NCBI RefSeq assembly: GCF_004010195.1
Contig: NC_057719.1
Location: 53,317,445-53,381,444 of the forward strand
Direction: 5' to 3'
Source of the DNA: Chiloscyllium plagiosum
Lineage: Eukaryota
Length of the DNA: 64,000 nt
Shown here in pieces: positions 36,200 through 50,885 of the stretch. The notes beneath the pieces are model-generated. The model was not told the DNA's origin and searched no databases. It was given only the letters and a program-made list of their open reading frames with translations. A program made the position numbers and the translations under genes. The stretch's first letter is position 1. The number at the start of each line of letters is the position of its first letter.

Positions 36200-38050
36200 G
36201 GAAGAGAAACTACAGGGATCAAGTGAAAAAAGAAATAAAGAAATCAAGGAGAGGGTATGGAAAAATATTTAGCAAGCAAAATAAAAAGAAAAATGTTTTT
36301 CCAGGATATAAAGAACAAAGGGACAATTAAGGAAAAAGTGGAATTTATCAGAGATGAAGAAGGGAATTTTTGTGAAGATGCAGAGGACATGGGAAGAATT
36401 TTAAAAGATTTGTTTTATTTTTGTCTCTACATTCACAAAGGGATGATATAGGTATAGTATTCTAGCAGAATAGTATGAAATATTGATCAAAATAACCATC
36501 GTAATTAAGAGATGAAGTTAGAGGAGTTGGAATCCTTGAAAGTGGAGAAGTCACCTGGGCCAGATAGATTGTTCCCTAGGATTTTGAAGGAGGTAAGGGA
36601 GAAAATAACAGATACACCGAGGATTATTTTCCAATCTTCACTGGATAAGGTGAGATGGATGAATGCAAATGTGGTTCCATTGTTTAAATGGGCAAAAAGA
36701 AAATGCCAAACAATTATAAGCCAATTAGTCTTTCTTCATTGGTTGGAAATTTGTTAGAATCAATCCTGAGAGACTGGATAAACTATTATTGAGAAAGGCA
36801 TGGATTAGTCTGGGATAATCAGCATGGCTTCATTAACGGCTTACAAATTTGCTTGAATTCTTTGAGGAAGTGACAAGGAGGATCAATGAGAGTAGTGCAG
36901 TGGATGTTATCTACATGGATTTTAGTAAAGCATTTGACAAGGTCCCCAATGCCAGACTGGTCAAAAATGTAAAAGTCCATGGGATACAGGGTAATTTATG
37001 GAATTTGATCCAAAGTTGGCTTCATAACAGGAAAGAAAAGGTAATAATTGATGGCTGCTCTTGCAAATGCAAAACTGTTTCAAGTGGTATTCTGCAGGGC
37101 TCAGAATTTAGACCCCTGTTGTTTGTTTTTTATTATTAAAGATTTGGACTTAAATATGGAGGTACAATTGGGAAATTTGCAGAAGACACAAAAATTGGCC
37201 ACATAGTGGATAGTGAAGAGGACAGCTGTAAGGTCTAAAATGATATAGTTGGGTTGGTGGGGTGGGCAGGAAAGCGGCAGATAGAGATCAACTCTGATAA
37301 GTGAGAGGTAATGCATTTACATAGGTTAAACAGCAAAAGGGAGTACACAATAGATGGGAATATACTAAGAGGGGTAGATGAAGTGAGATCTTGGCAAACA
37401 AGTAGTAGTAGATCCCCAAAGGTAGTAGTACAAGTGGATAAGGTTGTGGAGAAGGCATATGGAATGCTCTCCTTCATGGGCTGAGATACTGAATACACAA
37501 GTAGGGATATAATGATGAAACTGTATAAGACATTGATGAGGCCACAACTGGAGCATTGTGCAGTTCTGGTCACTACATTACAGGAAGGACATAATTGCCT
37601 GGAGAAAATTTAGAGAAGTTTTGTTAGAATGTTGTCATGACTGGACAATTGTAGCTACGAAGAGAGTTGGGCAAGGTTGGAGTTGTTTTCCTCAGGACAG
37701 AGAAAGCTGAGAGGTATATATGGTTGAGGTATACAAAATTGTCAGGGGTGGAGATAATGTAGATAGGAGGAACCATTTCCCTTGTCGACATCATAGATTG
37801 ATGCTAAGTGGCAGAAGGATTACCAGGGGATGTAAGGAAAAACCTTTTTACATACAGACTGATGAGTGTCTAAAATTCAATGCCTGACTTAGTGGTGGAG
37901 ACCCTAAACTCTTTTTTTAAAGTGCCTAAATCTGCACCTTAAGTGTTATAAGCTTCAGAGCTATGGGCTGTGTGCAGGAAGATGGGATAAGAAAGGGCAT
38001 TTGTCTGTCTTTGGGTTGGCATAGATAAGATGGGCAGAATGATCCCCAAC
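36200..38050 (+). mobile_element. CR1 LINE ORF2 (RT) and 3' UTR, degenerate
   Basis: KSPGPDRLFPRILKE, VDVIYMDFSKAFDKVP, SGILQGS, GKFAEDTKI. Confidence 0.9.
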
Positions 38051-38379
38051 TGTGGAGACCATTTTATGGATCTATAATTCTACCAGCTGAGCACTGATAC
38101 AGTGACAGCCACTTAATCAGAAGAATATCAGAGAGAAAAGCAATGGGATCCTCAGACAGTGTTTTAAATGTGAGAATTGAACTTGGCTGAATAGTATCTT
38201 CAGATTTCTGGTAATTTGCTCCATGTTGCACAATCTGACGATAAAGGAGTTTGAACATGGAAGCATCCCTTTTCTAACTTCTTTTAATATTGATAAATTC
38301 ATCAGACCTGAGATCTTAGCCCCTCTAAGTATGATTGGTCTATTAATGATGGTTTTTATTTTTATCTTAAATTGGAAAG

Positions 38380-39170
38380 GGTGAGAAGAGATTTACATGG
38401 ATGTTGCCGGATCTGGCAAGTTCAAGTTATAATGAGAGGCTGGATAGGCTGAGATAGTTTTCACTGGAGTGTAGGAGGTTGAGAGATGATATTACAAAAG
38501 TTTATAAAATCATCAGAGACTATTTTCCCAGGGCAGAAATGGCTATCACAAGGGGGGGGGGGGGGTAATTTTAAGGTGATTGGAGGAAGGTTTAGGGGAG
38601 ATGTCATAGGTTCATTCTTTACACAGAGAGTGGTGGGTGCATGGAACGCACTGCTTGCGGTAGTAGTAGAGTCAGACACATTAGGGACAAGTAAGTCACT
38701 CTTGGATAGGTATTTGGATGGTAGTACAATGAAGGGTTTGTAGGTTCGTTTGATCTTAGAGTAGGATAAAAGGCTGGCATGACATCAAGGGCCGAAGGGC
38801 CTGTACTGTACTATGTTCTATATGAGAGGCATATCTAAGGTGAATATCAAAGGTCTTTTTTCCAGGGTAGGGGAGTTCAAAACTAGAGGGCACAATTTTA
38901 AAGTGAGAGGACGAAGATTTAAAAGGCACCTGAGAAGCAACTTTTTCACACAGAGGGTGGTTCATATGTGGAATGAACTGTCAGATGAAGTAGTATATGG
39001 AGCTATCGTTACAACATTTAAAAGACATTTAGACAGGTACATGAATAGAAAAGGGTTTAGAGGGAGGTGGGCCAAATGGAGACAAATAGGACTAGTTTAG
39101 TTTGGGAAACTTGGCCGACATGGGCAAGTTTGACTAAATGGTGTGTTTTGTGCTGTATGACTCAATGAAT
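38380..39170 (+). mobile_element. Two tandem CR1/HER1-like 3' ends
   Basis: FFTQRVVGAWNAL and FFTQRVVHMWNEL; tail gggccgaagggcctgt. Confidence 0.85.
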
Positions 39171-40859
39171 CTATTTGTGGTTTAATTGCTTTGGACAAAT
39201 TTGCATCACCATCTTAAAATCAATATGGTGATGTTGTCCATGGTGCAGTTGTAGTGTTCCTACCTTTGAGCCAGGAAACCTGAGTTCAAGATCCACCTGT
39301 TGTAGAGGCGTGTCATAACATTGCTGAACAGGTTTGTCAGAAAATAGATTTTTTTAAAATATGGTTGGGGTCATTAAGATATCAGGGAAAAAAAAAGGCA
39401 TCTGTCTATTGGCTATATATTTGAACCAAAGGATCTGTTTCTGTGCTGTATGACTCTTTATATATTTTTGCTTTCCTTTTCAAAGTCATGGATGCTTATA
39501 AATACTGAAAATAATTGCTTAATATGACTGTCACTTTCTTGTCTTTGCAGTTGCATTTTTTGTGAATCTTAATGACCCATTGCATATTCTGATCGTTCAT
39601 TTGTAATTTGGATGCCTAGAGAAAACTATTTCTTGTTATATTCCTTGACAACTTAATTGTCTAGTTTCTATTTGTCCATCTATTTTTAATTGGTTTCATG
39701 ACTACTTCATATTTTCTTTTGTCATTCTTTCGTTTGTCTATGAACTGAGTGTATGACATTTTCTTTAGTTTCAATTTTGACTAATTTAATTGTTAATCCA
39801 TGATTTCTCCCTACACTGTCGAGGCCATTCATGCTTCGAAATGAAATATATATTTTCCTGGTCTCTATTAATCAGCATTTTAAATTATTTCAACTGCTGT
39901 TCTAGTGCATAGCCAGTAATATTGTAATAGTTTATTTTCCTTTGTTCCATTCTTAACTCATCAGAATGATCTTTTTAGCTAATTTATATTTATATTTGAT
40001 CTTAGCTGGATCATACATGCAGTTCTGGATGCCACAGATTAGAAAGAATGGTGCCGAAGAGATCCGCATGAAAGGTTCCAGGGATGAGAAACATCAGTTA
40101 ATGGGATAGCTTGAAAAAGTTAGAATTGTATTCTTTCGAGAAACGAAACTCAGAGATCTAATAGAGGTACTCAAAATCATAAGGCGTCTGGACAGAGTTG
40201 ATCTGATGGAACTGTTTCCACTTGTGAAAGGATCAATAATAAGAAAGCACAGATATAAAGGAATTGGCAAAATTCAACAAAAACATTATTAGAGAAATAT
40301 CAGCTTTAGTTTCAAAGGAGAGTTAGACTGCTATTTGAAAAGGAACAGTGTGCAGGGCTACAAGGTGAAGAAGGAAGGATGGCATTAAGTGGAGTGCTGA
40401 ATTGGCCTCCTTCTGACCTTTAATAATTCTGATTACTGTGGTCTTTGTCCTTCATATGTCCTCCTCAATATTTAAATTAAACCTGTGTCTGATTACCTAG
40501 CCACTCTCCCATAATTACTGTTTTCAAATCCTTTGATTATTCACCTATTACCACATTCAGTTGATAGCCTTCTTCTTAGAATTTCTTTTTACCCATTGGG
40601 TAAAAAAGCTCACTGTATAGATTCCCTTTTCCTATTTCACAACCTTTTCATGCCAGTTTATTTGATATATTCACAAGTTCCTGTGATTATTATTCCATAT
40701 GTTTTAATGATTTCAAATATTTTCTTGTTTGTTCTTCTTGCCCTTTTATACTACAAGGAGCTCAGTGTAGTGTGACGAATTTATTATGGTTATTATACCA
40801 ACTATTCTATCCTACACTCCCAAATTTACTTTTGGGCCAATACTGGCAAGGCAGGTACG

Positions 40860-43800
40860 CTTGTATTTCTTTCTTCAACTAGCTAAGGCACTTGTGGAGG
40901 CATGACAACTGAAAGCTCACCCAATTTATATGAACAATTTGCACTTTTACTGATTATCTCTGGTTTTCGTTAGTTTATTCTCACTTGTACATAAGGAAAT
41001 CGTAATACACACTGGAAAATGATTTTATGCAAATCTGATCTGGATTCAATAGTTCTGTGAAGTGTATTTATGGTAAGACCATTGCCGCAATTGCCATGGA
41101 TAACTGACAAGAAGGTTGATTTTAAAACTGAAAGCTTTGTATATTGGGAGCTTCAAATTGGTTCATTATTCATGTACTGCCAATCTCATAGATGAGCAAA
41201 GATCTCTCAAAGAAGAGTGCACTTAATTAGCAGCAGACTATAATATATTCGCTCATGAAATCTTAAAATTTGTTTCCGCGCTAGCAAATTATATCAAGAA
41301 CTACATATCTAAGGCTGTCTTTCAGTGCCCTAATATTAGGCAAACCCATGTTAGCCAGATAAGTAATGAGACTATTGGGATTCAATCCCTGGAATTCTGC
41401 CTTCATTCCCATCAAGTGGTATTTTGAAGGCTATGGGATAAGAGTGCTGGTTGTGATCCTATGTTGGCAACTCCATTCAGTTTCTGAAACAGATGTGTTT
41501 CACATCGGCTGAGAAGTGTCATGGACTAAGGGGAACATTGGTTTTAGAGTTGGGTATCATTTGACAACTCAGTTTAAAAGTTGCTATTGACGTCACGTTA
41601 TAATACAATTTTGCATGAGATGTTATGTGTGTTTTTAATGCACTGATGGAACATTATTGCTTTCAACAGTTATTGGGATTTGAATATCAGTGTGTACCAT
41701 GGGCTAGGCTCTTATTGATTGGCAGGTAGCCAGCGATTTAGTGTTTGAAGTAATGCGACAGACATCTGAGTTGTTTGATTGACAGGTCAGCCATCCATTC
41801 AGATTCTGAAACACTGGAAGCAATGTATTCGGTTGTGACGATTTTATTGATACAACTGTCCAATGAAGTCTCATAATAATCATTTAGCTGAGCCTAAAAC
41901 CTATTAATAGATTCAGCTGAGTAGGACTCATTGATGGAAATGTGAGAAAGACATGATTGACACTTATGTGGCCTCTTAACACAATTATATATTTTATAAA
42001 GTAGTTTGCAAACGTTTGTACATTTTGACAATTTTATGACTAGTTAAGGTTGTTTTTGTAAACAGAATTTGAATGGTTTTGTGTTTTATTGACAGTTTTA
42101 TGAAATCTGAGAAGGTTTAACACTTTTTTGAAGTTGAGGTTGGATGCTCATTTTATTTTCATTTTACAGATCCATGATATCTCAATGACTTTCCGATACT
42201 ATTATGGAGCTCTTGAGCTCTGTTCATTATACTGGGTGAAGGGCATAGAGGATATGGCAGGATGAAGGATATGGTGGGGTAGGGTTAGTATGGTGAGTGG
42301 GAGGAGAGTGGATGGAGATGGTGAGATGGGGGATATGGTGAGTTGGTGTAGACAAAGATTGAGGACCATTGTGTCTGTACTGATATTCAGAACTGGGCTG
42401 ATGTCTCAGTGAACAGAGGTGGGTCATCCAATCTGCCACCTCAATATGTGCCAACCTCTGTTTCTGGCTTAAGTTTGCATCAGGAGCTAGTAACCCCAAC
42501 TCCAGTCCAACTTCACTATCGCACTGTGAAAATAATGTGGAAAGGCACTACCAGGTAGGAGGCAATTTGCTACGGTGAGAAATCTCCAGTCTTGCAATTC
42601 ATATCTCAAAGAGAAAAAACCAGATTCCTATAGAGTAATATTTTCTACTGAGGTCAAACCTCTTATACAAGCATGAGGTCAATTCATCTTTATTATGAAA
42701 GAACAGAATTATTTTATAATTAATTTAGTCAAGAGAAATGCTTTACTTGAGAGATAATAAATAAATGTATAAGTTCATAAAGCTGCTTGGTAGCTGTCAT
42801 TCTGGGGTGTGACAATTGTGTGGTAATTCACTTGTCAGAATTCTGCTCACTGACCTACACTAGTTGAAAATTAGTTTACTTTTCAAAAGTCAAATCCTAT
42901 TTGCTCATCTTTTAATGGTATAGCACCTTTCTTTCTACAACTCTCAAAGATATCAGTTCTCCTCAATTTTGGCTTGTTAAACTTTGAAAAGATAAGCCTA
43001 TGCTTTCAGTTGATATGACCTTAAGCTTGAGACATCCCTCCTTAAATCTTTCCATCTTCATTAACTTCATTATCCTCTTTGAGAAGCAACTTAGAATGTA
43101 CCTCTTTGACAAAAGTTTGATCTACCCTATATGTGATATAGTGTGAAACTTTGGACCAGGAGGACTGAGTTCAAGTCCCATCTGCTCCAGAGGGGTGTGT
43201 GATAATGTCTCTGAATAAGTTGATTAGAAAAATAGGTTACATTTAAAACAAATTCAGAATCAAATGCTAGAGCTCCATCAAATATATTTCTCTGAATACA
43301 GTATGTGCTGCAGCTGATACATTGTTGTAAATTAAGCTGACTGTAGTGCAAAAGTGAACAATGTGGCATTCTATATGTGTGTGTGTATAGAATTTGTGTG
43401 TAACAGTATTGCTCTTAAATAATTGGAATAATATAACAACTCTATTGTAATAGGCATAGAGTCATACAGAACGGAAACAGACCCTTCTTTTCAACCAGTC
43501 TATGATGACCATAGTTCCAAAATAAACTAGTCCCACATCCCTCCAAACATTTATATGTACTTATTTAAATGTCTATTGAACATTGTAACTGTAAAATCTT
43601 GAATCAAAATTGGATTAGATTCCCTACAGTGTGGAATCAGGCCCTTCGGTCCAACAAGTCCACCCCCCTTGACTAATGCACCTAACACTTTGGGCAATTT
43701 AGCGTGGCCAATTCACTAACCTGCACATTTTTGGACTGTGGGAGGAAACCAGAGAACCCAGAGGAAACCCACGCAGACACAGGGAGAATATGCAAACTCC

Positions 43801-45430
43801 ACACAGACAGTTGCCCGAGGTGGGAATTGAACCCGGGTCCCTGGTGCTGTGAGGCAGCAGTGCTAACCACTAAGCTACCATACCACTCTATATCTTTAGC
43901 TTCTCCAATGAGCACCACTTTGGGAGCACATTCAGAACCATGATGCAGTGCTTTAAAGAAAATATCTACAAGTCCTTCAACAGGACAGACAAAGATCACT
44001 AGTAAAAACAGTTTTTCAGATGCCTTCACAACTTGCAACATTTTTTTAACAGAAGTTTCCATTTGAAGTAGTGATTGTATGGCATCTCCTGACAATGTTA
44101 CAATGAATCTTAGACGACCAAGACCAAGTATCTGACAGCATGTGTGAGAGTGACAGAAACTTAATGTTTTTAAATGTTAACTCTATTTAGCTTTCCAAGA
44201 TGCTACCAGACCTGTTGAATTATACCAGCAGTTTTTCTTTGTATTCCAGATTTCCAGCATCTGCAGTATTTTGCTATTATTGACAAGATGAAGAATGTTC
44301 CAAGTTAAAATATGTTTGCCCTGATTTTATTTTCTTAACTAAGGGCAGACATTGTATCTCAAAGTCAGAAGTTTAGTACAATTGTCATTGGTTAATTTTA
44401 TTATTACACAAAGGCACAAGATAATGATTTCCACAACAAAAGACTCAGTCTCTATAAATTATTCCAAAATCACATGTTTTCAGTAACATAAGGAACCTCA
44501 TGATAATTAAGAGTCACTCTAAATGTAAGCCGCTGTAAAATGCAAGTTAGCTTGCTTTCACCTGCTGCAAATCTGAAGTTTCCCTTGGCACCTTGGGAAA
44601 AGATTTCATAGTGATTTTTTCCTTCTTGGTATTCTAAACTCTGCTATTATCCATTGGTAGTAATTTGCATTTAACTGCTTATCTGCACATAGCAGCTTTT
44701 CTTCGAATCAGAAGCATACTGCTTTGTTATTAAAAAATATATTAAAATGGAGGTGAAGACTTTTCAAGAGCCCTCACTCTGCACAATAGAATAAGGAAAT
44801 GTTAAGAAATGTGGTTGTTAATCAGTTGTGGTCCACTAAATTTAGAACAAGACTGAACTACTTTTTTTTGTATTAAAAGCAGAAAATGCAGGGAACATTC
44901 TGCAAATTAGGCAGAAACCTGGGAGACAAACAGATTTAAATGTTTCAAGTCAATGCTCTTCTATTAGAAGTGGGTGGCAACAGACACCCTACTCAATACA
45001 GCATGCAGCATGGAATCAGAGTGCACTTGGTACTGTTTATGTTGGTGTTCTGGAGCCCGTTCCTCACTCATAAAATGAACACTGCACTCACATTACCAGG
45101 ATTCTGAATTCCGGTAAAAACTGTAATTAAGAGTCAAATGACCAGCAACAAATATGAAACAAATATAAAAACATTGCGCTGGTCATGCATTCTTTTTTGA
45201 AATAATAGGTCTTTTAAAAAATACCTTAATGGTTAGGCTGGTGGTTCAGTGGCTGCAAATTTCCATACGCCTCCTTCAAGATTGTGGTGTGAGATTAATC
45301 TGTGACAGCTTCTTTCAATATGAAACAAAATGTACAAGATGCAACAGAAACTGATGAAGAGCAAACACCACTCACTCTCAGGTACATCGTTTGCAGCTCA
45401 GATATTGATGCTGTGTGTTGTTTTGAGGCC
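40860..45430 (-). pseudogene. Cluster of decayed LamG-like exon relics (~40860-41070, ~42780-42970, 43241-43340, ~43885-44110, ~45230-45430)
   Basis: Acceptor ttttgcactacag at 43341 with donor at 43240 (NIFDGALAF); HFPVCITISL; FSLKHCIMVLNV; GELISLRV. All but one are disrupted. Confidence 0.3.
43612..43872 (-). mobile_element. HE1/V-SINE-type SINE
   Basis: B box GGTTCAATTCC; same body as 14365-14683. Confidence 0.85.
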
Positions 45431-46743
45431 AGATAAAAGTTGGGATTTTCAGGTGGTGAGACACTGTATGAGCTAAGCAAACAGAAATTGTTGAAGAAAC
45501 TCAACAGGCCAGGCAGCATGTGTGGAGAGAAAACATTCAATATTTTGACTCAAGTAAGTCTTCTTGAAGATTTGAAGGAAAAGGTCGTATTTATGTTGAT
45601 GACTGGAGATTGTCATTATAGACCTCAGGACTCCACATCATGTTTAACAATTTCAGACCATGAACAGCTTCTCCATATTCATTACCTAACCCCAAAATGG
45701 CAGCTCATGGAATGAAATAGGTTGCTTTTGATGCAACCAACCCAGTTCTAACTTCTCACAATTCCCAATATTATCTATCTAGATTCACCTCTTCCCTGAC
45801 ATACTATCAACAATCCTCCTGTCTCCCTACCCTTTCTTCTTTCTCTCTCTCTTCTCTCTGAGCTCTGACTCCACCTGTCCACTCGCCTTTCCTCCTTCAC
45901 ACTCCCAAGCCCTGCCTACAGCCAGGGCAAGTGGTAATGGTGCCAGCTGCCAGGTGGCATGATCAACCTGATTTCTGCTTCAGAGGAATCTGATAGGATA
46001 TTGTTTGGATGATATACAGAAAATGACTTATGGCACACTACCCTAAATGCTTGGCATTTTAACATGATATTAATAAGTTTGCAGTTTATCAAGGAAAAAT
46101 TAGAACTCAGGCACCAAACTGTAGACAATGTTTTGAAAAGCTTGGAACCCACCATTTCTAAAATGAAAATAGCTAACTTCACTTCTTTAGATCCAGAGAC
46201 CACATCATCAGCTGTGGATAGAGTTGAAAGGGGTTTGCAATGTCTTACAGCAATTCCACAATCTGTCCTCTAACAGATTTCTTGCATTACTGAGGCATCA
46301 CACTGACAAATTAGTAATGTCATCATGGAGGCTGAACCTGTGGTTTTCTCTCAAGATGATAGCATTCATCCTCCCAACTCTGACACTCTGCCAGTGTCAT
46401 GGCTGTTGCCTGTTAATCGACCTAAATAGCTGTCATACGTGCCAAAACGATGCAAAGGCAGCTTCAAATGTCAGAACCAAAGCCACCTTCAAAGCTAACA
46501 ATTTTTCCTGAGGCATGCTGTAACCAAAAGGAGTAACACTATGTAGGAGTACTTGGCCTGGCAAAAGTACTCACAAGATAGAGACTATGGAAAAGCACAA
46601 GGGCATATTCTTTGACTAAATGACTTTTGGATAGAACATCGGATGGATTGATTAATGAAGCTGGTTTGGAGTATTTGTGTTGTATTAGGTTTTATTTCAG
46701 TGTTGTGACCAAGCTGACATGTGCAAGTCACTAAGATGGGAAG

Positions 46744-47394
46744 TGTTAAGAACCAGGCCAGATTTCCTCAAAACATTTCAAGAAAGTAGCCCAGACTCTA
46801 ACTTTGCAAGATGTTTTAAGCAGGTATAAAGTGGATATTCCAGGAGAGATGCAGCTGGCCCAACCATTTAGCTATAAATAAAACAGAATTTATTTTCAAG
46901 ATTACCAAATGAAATACAAACTAAAGAGAACAGAATATAGAATAACTTAACCTATCTGAAAACTCAACAGACTATCTCAACTTAACAATGCTGTTCCGAA
47001 TACTTGCAACAATTCCCAGAAATACCGCTTTGCAAAAAAAAAGGAAAAATCCAACACAGGGTCTTACAGGAGAAAAGTCAGAGAATGGAACGGTCAGCAT
47101 GGACCTGTTTCTCCTGGGTCCAGCAGCTTCACAACTGACTGACTGCTTTCAGTGAACAGCCAAACCAAACCAAACCAGAGATAAGCTGAGCTGGGAGAAC
47201 TGGCCATTCCCCTTTCATTCTACAAGTGTGTTTTTTAAACATGAGAGCCTTTTACCTTAGGCAGTATCAGTTAGCTATAATCAAATTGGCCTGAAAACCT
47301 TTCAAACCTAGACCTCTCAGCAACTCTGCTTTTATGAATCATCTGAGAAAGAAATCAAGGACAATATAAGCTTGTTAAAGGAGCAGCAGCATCA
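46744..47394 (-). mobile_element. Solo LTR, ~650 bp
   Basis: TG...CA ends; flanks gggaag/gagaag (6 bp, one mismatch); AATAAA on minus at ~46890. Confidence 0.65.
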
Positions 47395-47816
47395 GAGAAG
47401 GCACAGGATTGTTGATAAATTTGTCTTCATTTGTCATTGAATGAATTGTTAATGGACTCAGTCCCAAGAAAGAGACTGTGATGGTTATCTCCTCCTCTTT
47501 TCTTTCTTCTACCTTCACTTTTTTCCCCTACCTATCATTGCAAGGACTGTGAGCTTGTGAAAGCTGGCTTGAGTGTATTAGGGCAGACAAGCAGATATAG
47601 TGAAATACATTCTGGACAGTACCGTAGGACTGCTCCAGAACCATTTGGACAGGGGAAGCATTGATTAAACATTAATGCCTTGTCTGATTACATTTAATGC
47701 AGAAACGTGGCTCTTGTTATAAACGGGCTGACTACACATGGATAAGTTGTGCAACAGCGCCATTATATAGGTGGTTTCTGCATAGCCTTTGCTACACTGT
47801 GCTTTCTCATACTGAC

Positions 47817-49215
47817 CCAAGAATGTAGAATAAGGGCATTATATCTGCTGCTAGGTCCCTAGGCACTGAACTGCATGAGTGCATGGTACTTGAACTAGAT
47901 AGTGACGGAGTGGATACCTTTGTATTTGAGGTACGTTTTGGAATTTGTATACAATGCCTGTAAAGTGATGTGACTCCAGTCAATAGCCTGCAAAAGTGGC
48001 AAAGCTACAAGTTTGTCTGCCAGCTCCTCTCTGGCTAGAGAGAATGAAATGTATTCCCCACTCATTGCAAACAGTAGTACAGTGGCTTTCCTGAGACAAA
48101 GCTGAATAGTGCTGTGAGATATTGGAAGATTCTGCCTGTTCCAGAGGGTAAAAAGACTGATATGAAGATGTTTGAGTTCCTGTTCACATCTGCAGTCACT
48201 GGTAATGCAATTCTTAACCTACTAAGTGCAACAAATGTTGGATTGAAGATTTCCTGAATACCTCCTTGGTGAAACAGACAAAGCACAGAGTTTGGGATAA
48301 GAGAATGTTTCCTGACAAGTCTATTGGAATCTGAATTTTCCTTCTGAGAACTATTGTGTCCCTCCTCTTCCTCCTTCTTTGAGAAACTTATCCTCCTCTG
48401 TATTTTTTTTTCTCATTCTCCCTGTCATGCTGCTGGTCAAGGGGATACAAAGTACAACACCCAGGACTGAAAGCTAATGCCCTGATCAGAAACCTTGAAT
48501 TGAGAATCAAGATCTTTACCACACAAAACAACGATTCCTGTAAGCTTTAATTTTATTTGTTCATGGCATATTGTCATCATTGGCTCTGGGCCGACATTTA
48601 TTACTCCCCACTAACTGCCCAGAAAGCAGTTAAGAGTCAACCACATTACCTGGTCTGGTCTGTATGACAGCAAAGGTGGAAGATTTCCTTTCCTAGAACC
48701 AGATGGATTTTTATCAAAATTCAACAATGATAATTGCTGTCAAGTTAGCATACTTATGTTTAATTCCAGATTTTTATTGACTTCAAATTTCATCAAATGC
48801 GATTGTGGGATTTCAAACCAAATCCTCAAAACATTATCTCAAGGTTCTGGATCACTAGTTCAGTGACATTACCACCATACTGCTGCCTCCGAATTTTGCT
48901 AACATTACAAAAATAATACAAAGTACCAAACACTTTTGCATTCAATTAGTAACTAATATGAAAGTGCTTGTTGATCTCTCTAAATAGTACTTGAGGTGGT
49001 TCCTTTTTGCTACTAATTCTGAATTTAATTACAAATGCCAGGGGAGTTCATTAAATGGAACATTGAGAAACAAAATAACACGCTCACTCCAAAACAACAC
49101 CAATACCAATCAGATCAACCTTACCAATCAATCAGCATCTCCACTCAAGCAATATAAATGTAGGTTTTCCCCTCGAATTGGTATTCTTGAGAACTGGTTT
49201 GATGACAGTAAGATG
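47817..49215 (-). pseudogene. Three consecutive LamG-like exon relics (~48990-49215, ~48065-48264, 47817-47957)
   Basis: EYQFEGKTYIYI.../ERVILFL. Acceptor at 48265 then GGIQ...DVNRNSNIFISVFLP...LYYCLQ. Acceptor cactttacag at 47958 then GIVYKF; donor GTCAGT at 47816. Confidence 0.5.
48550..48890 (-). mobile_element. SacSINE1/DeuSINE-like tRNA-derived SINE
   Basis: Head ggaggcagcagtatggtggtaatgtcactgaactagt...tttgaaatccca; tail gaacaaataaaa. Confidence 0.65.
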
Positions 49216-49389
49216 GAAAACTTCAATACATTTCTTTTCAGGAACAAGACAAATTACGCTTGTGTTATTCTTTACTTCTCTAATTTTAAACTACTTTTCA
49301 ATTTAGGGTTTATTTTTGGCAACATCTCTGGGGGGGTTCCATTTGGTCTTGTTAATTCATTAGTAGGTTAGCAGACACTTATTTCGACG

Positions 49390-50520
49390 TCTATCAGGTT
49401 TCCTGCCAACATGTAAATGGAGATAAACTGCAGAAAGCTGCAACAGAAGGGAACTTGAGGATACTTGTGCATGAAACATAGGAAGCTGGAATCCAGGTGC
49501 AAAAGCTAATCAGGAAAGTTTATGGAATGCTGGTCCTTATTTCAAGGGGTTTGAAGTACAAAAGTAGGGAGGTCTTGCTGCTATGGTACAAGGTGCTAGT
49601 GAGGCCACATCTGGAGTTCTATGAATAGTTTGGTTTCTTTATCTAATAAATAGTATTATTTCATTGGATGCAGTTCAGAGAAGGTTCACTAGGATGCTCC
49701 CAAAATAGGAGAATGATTTTATGAGCATAAGTGAGCACGGTGGCTCAGTTGTTAGCACTGCTGCCTCACAGTGCCAGGGACCCAGGTTCGGTTCCAGCCT
49801 TGGGCGATTGTCTGTGTGGAGTTTGTACATCCTCCAGTGTCTGCACCCAGTTTTCTGAGTGCTCTCACAATCCTCCCATAGTGCACAGTCCTCCCACAGT
49901 CCAGAGATGTGCAGGTTAGGTGGATTGGCCATACTAAATTGCCCAGTGTTCGGCGATGTGTAGGTTAAATGCATTAGTTAGGGGAAATGTAGAGTACTAG
50001 ATGTGGGAATGGGTTCTGGGTGGGATACACTTCGGAGGATTGGTGTGGACTTGTTGGGCCAAATGGCCTGTTCCCACACTGTAGGGTTTCAATGATTCTA
50101 TGATAAACAGATTGAGACTCTACTAATTAGAATATAGGAGATAAAGAGGTAATCTTATTGAAATAAATGGGATTCTTAAGGGACTGGGCAGGATAAAGTT
50201 CTGAAAGAACGTTCCCCCTCATGGAAAGCTCTAAGTCTAGAAGGCATAGTCTCAGAATTACGTGGTGCTACTTTAAGATTGAGATGAGGAGGAATTTCTT
50301 CTCTCAGAGGTTTAGAGTCTTTGGAACTCTATGCCACAGAGAGCTGTGAGAATAGAGTCCTTGTGTATATTTAAGGCTGAGACAGATAGATTCTTGAGCA
50401 CTAGGGGAATGAAGGATTATGGAGAAAATGGAGAAAGCTGGATGTAAAGCATATCGGATCCTGTTGAATGGTGGAGAAGTCGCGGGAAGCTGAAAAGTTT
50501 ACTCCTTTTCCTATTTCGTA
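49390..50520 (+). mobile_element. CR1 3' fragment with an HE1-type SINE inserted at ~49731-50100
   Basis: LVRPHLE and FFSQR motifs flank a SINE with TGGCTCAGTTG and GGTTCGGTTCC boxes. Confidence 0.8.
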
Positions 50521-50695
50521 CGGTTCAATTAAATTCACTTGTCACTTCTCAAACAATTTTTAAAATTGGTGGACAGCATCATGGTTAAAAGCATGACAGT
50601 GGAATTAAAATTAATTGCCTTGAACATGGTAACATTAAACAAGTCTGTTTTTTTTCTCATTATTAAGCAGTGGATAAAGCATTAAAATCACTTAC

Positions 50696-50885
50696 TGATT
50701 ACACCCAAGGAGTATTCATGTACTCATCAAGAGAATGTGGCATCAATGTCAAAATCTTGATAGAATACTAATAAACATTGCCACAAGACTGGAATGCAAG
50801 TCTTCAGAGCTTTTGTCGACACTTTCCAATACACCAGCAAGCTCTGACAGCACAAACCATAGGTATCCATTGGAGACAGTATAAG
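50696..50885 (-). pseudogene. LamG C-terminal-like exon relic
   Basis: Acceptor at 50886, donor GTAAGT at 50695; NGYLWFV.../AFQSCGNV.../LLGCN with frameshifts. Confidence 0.45.
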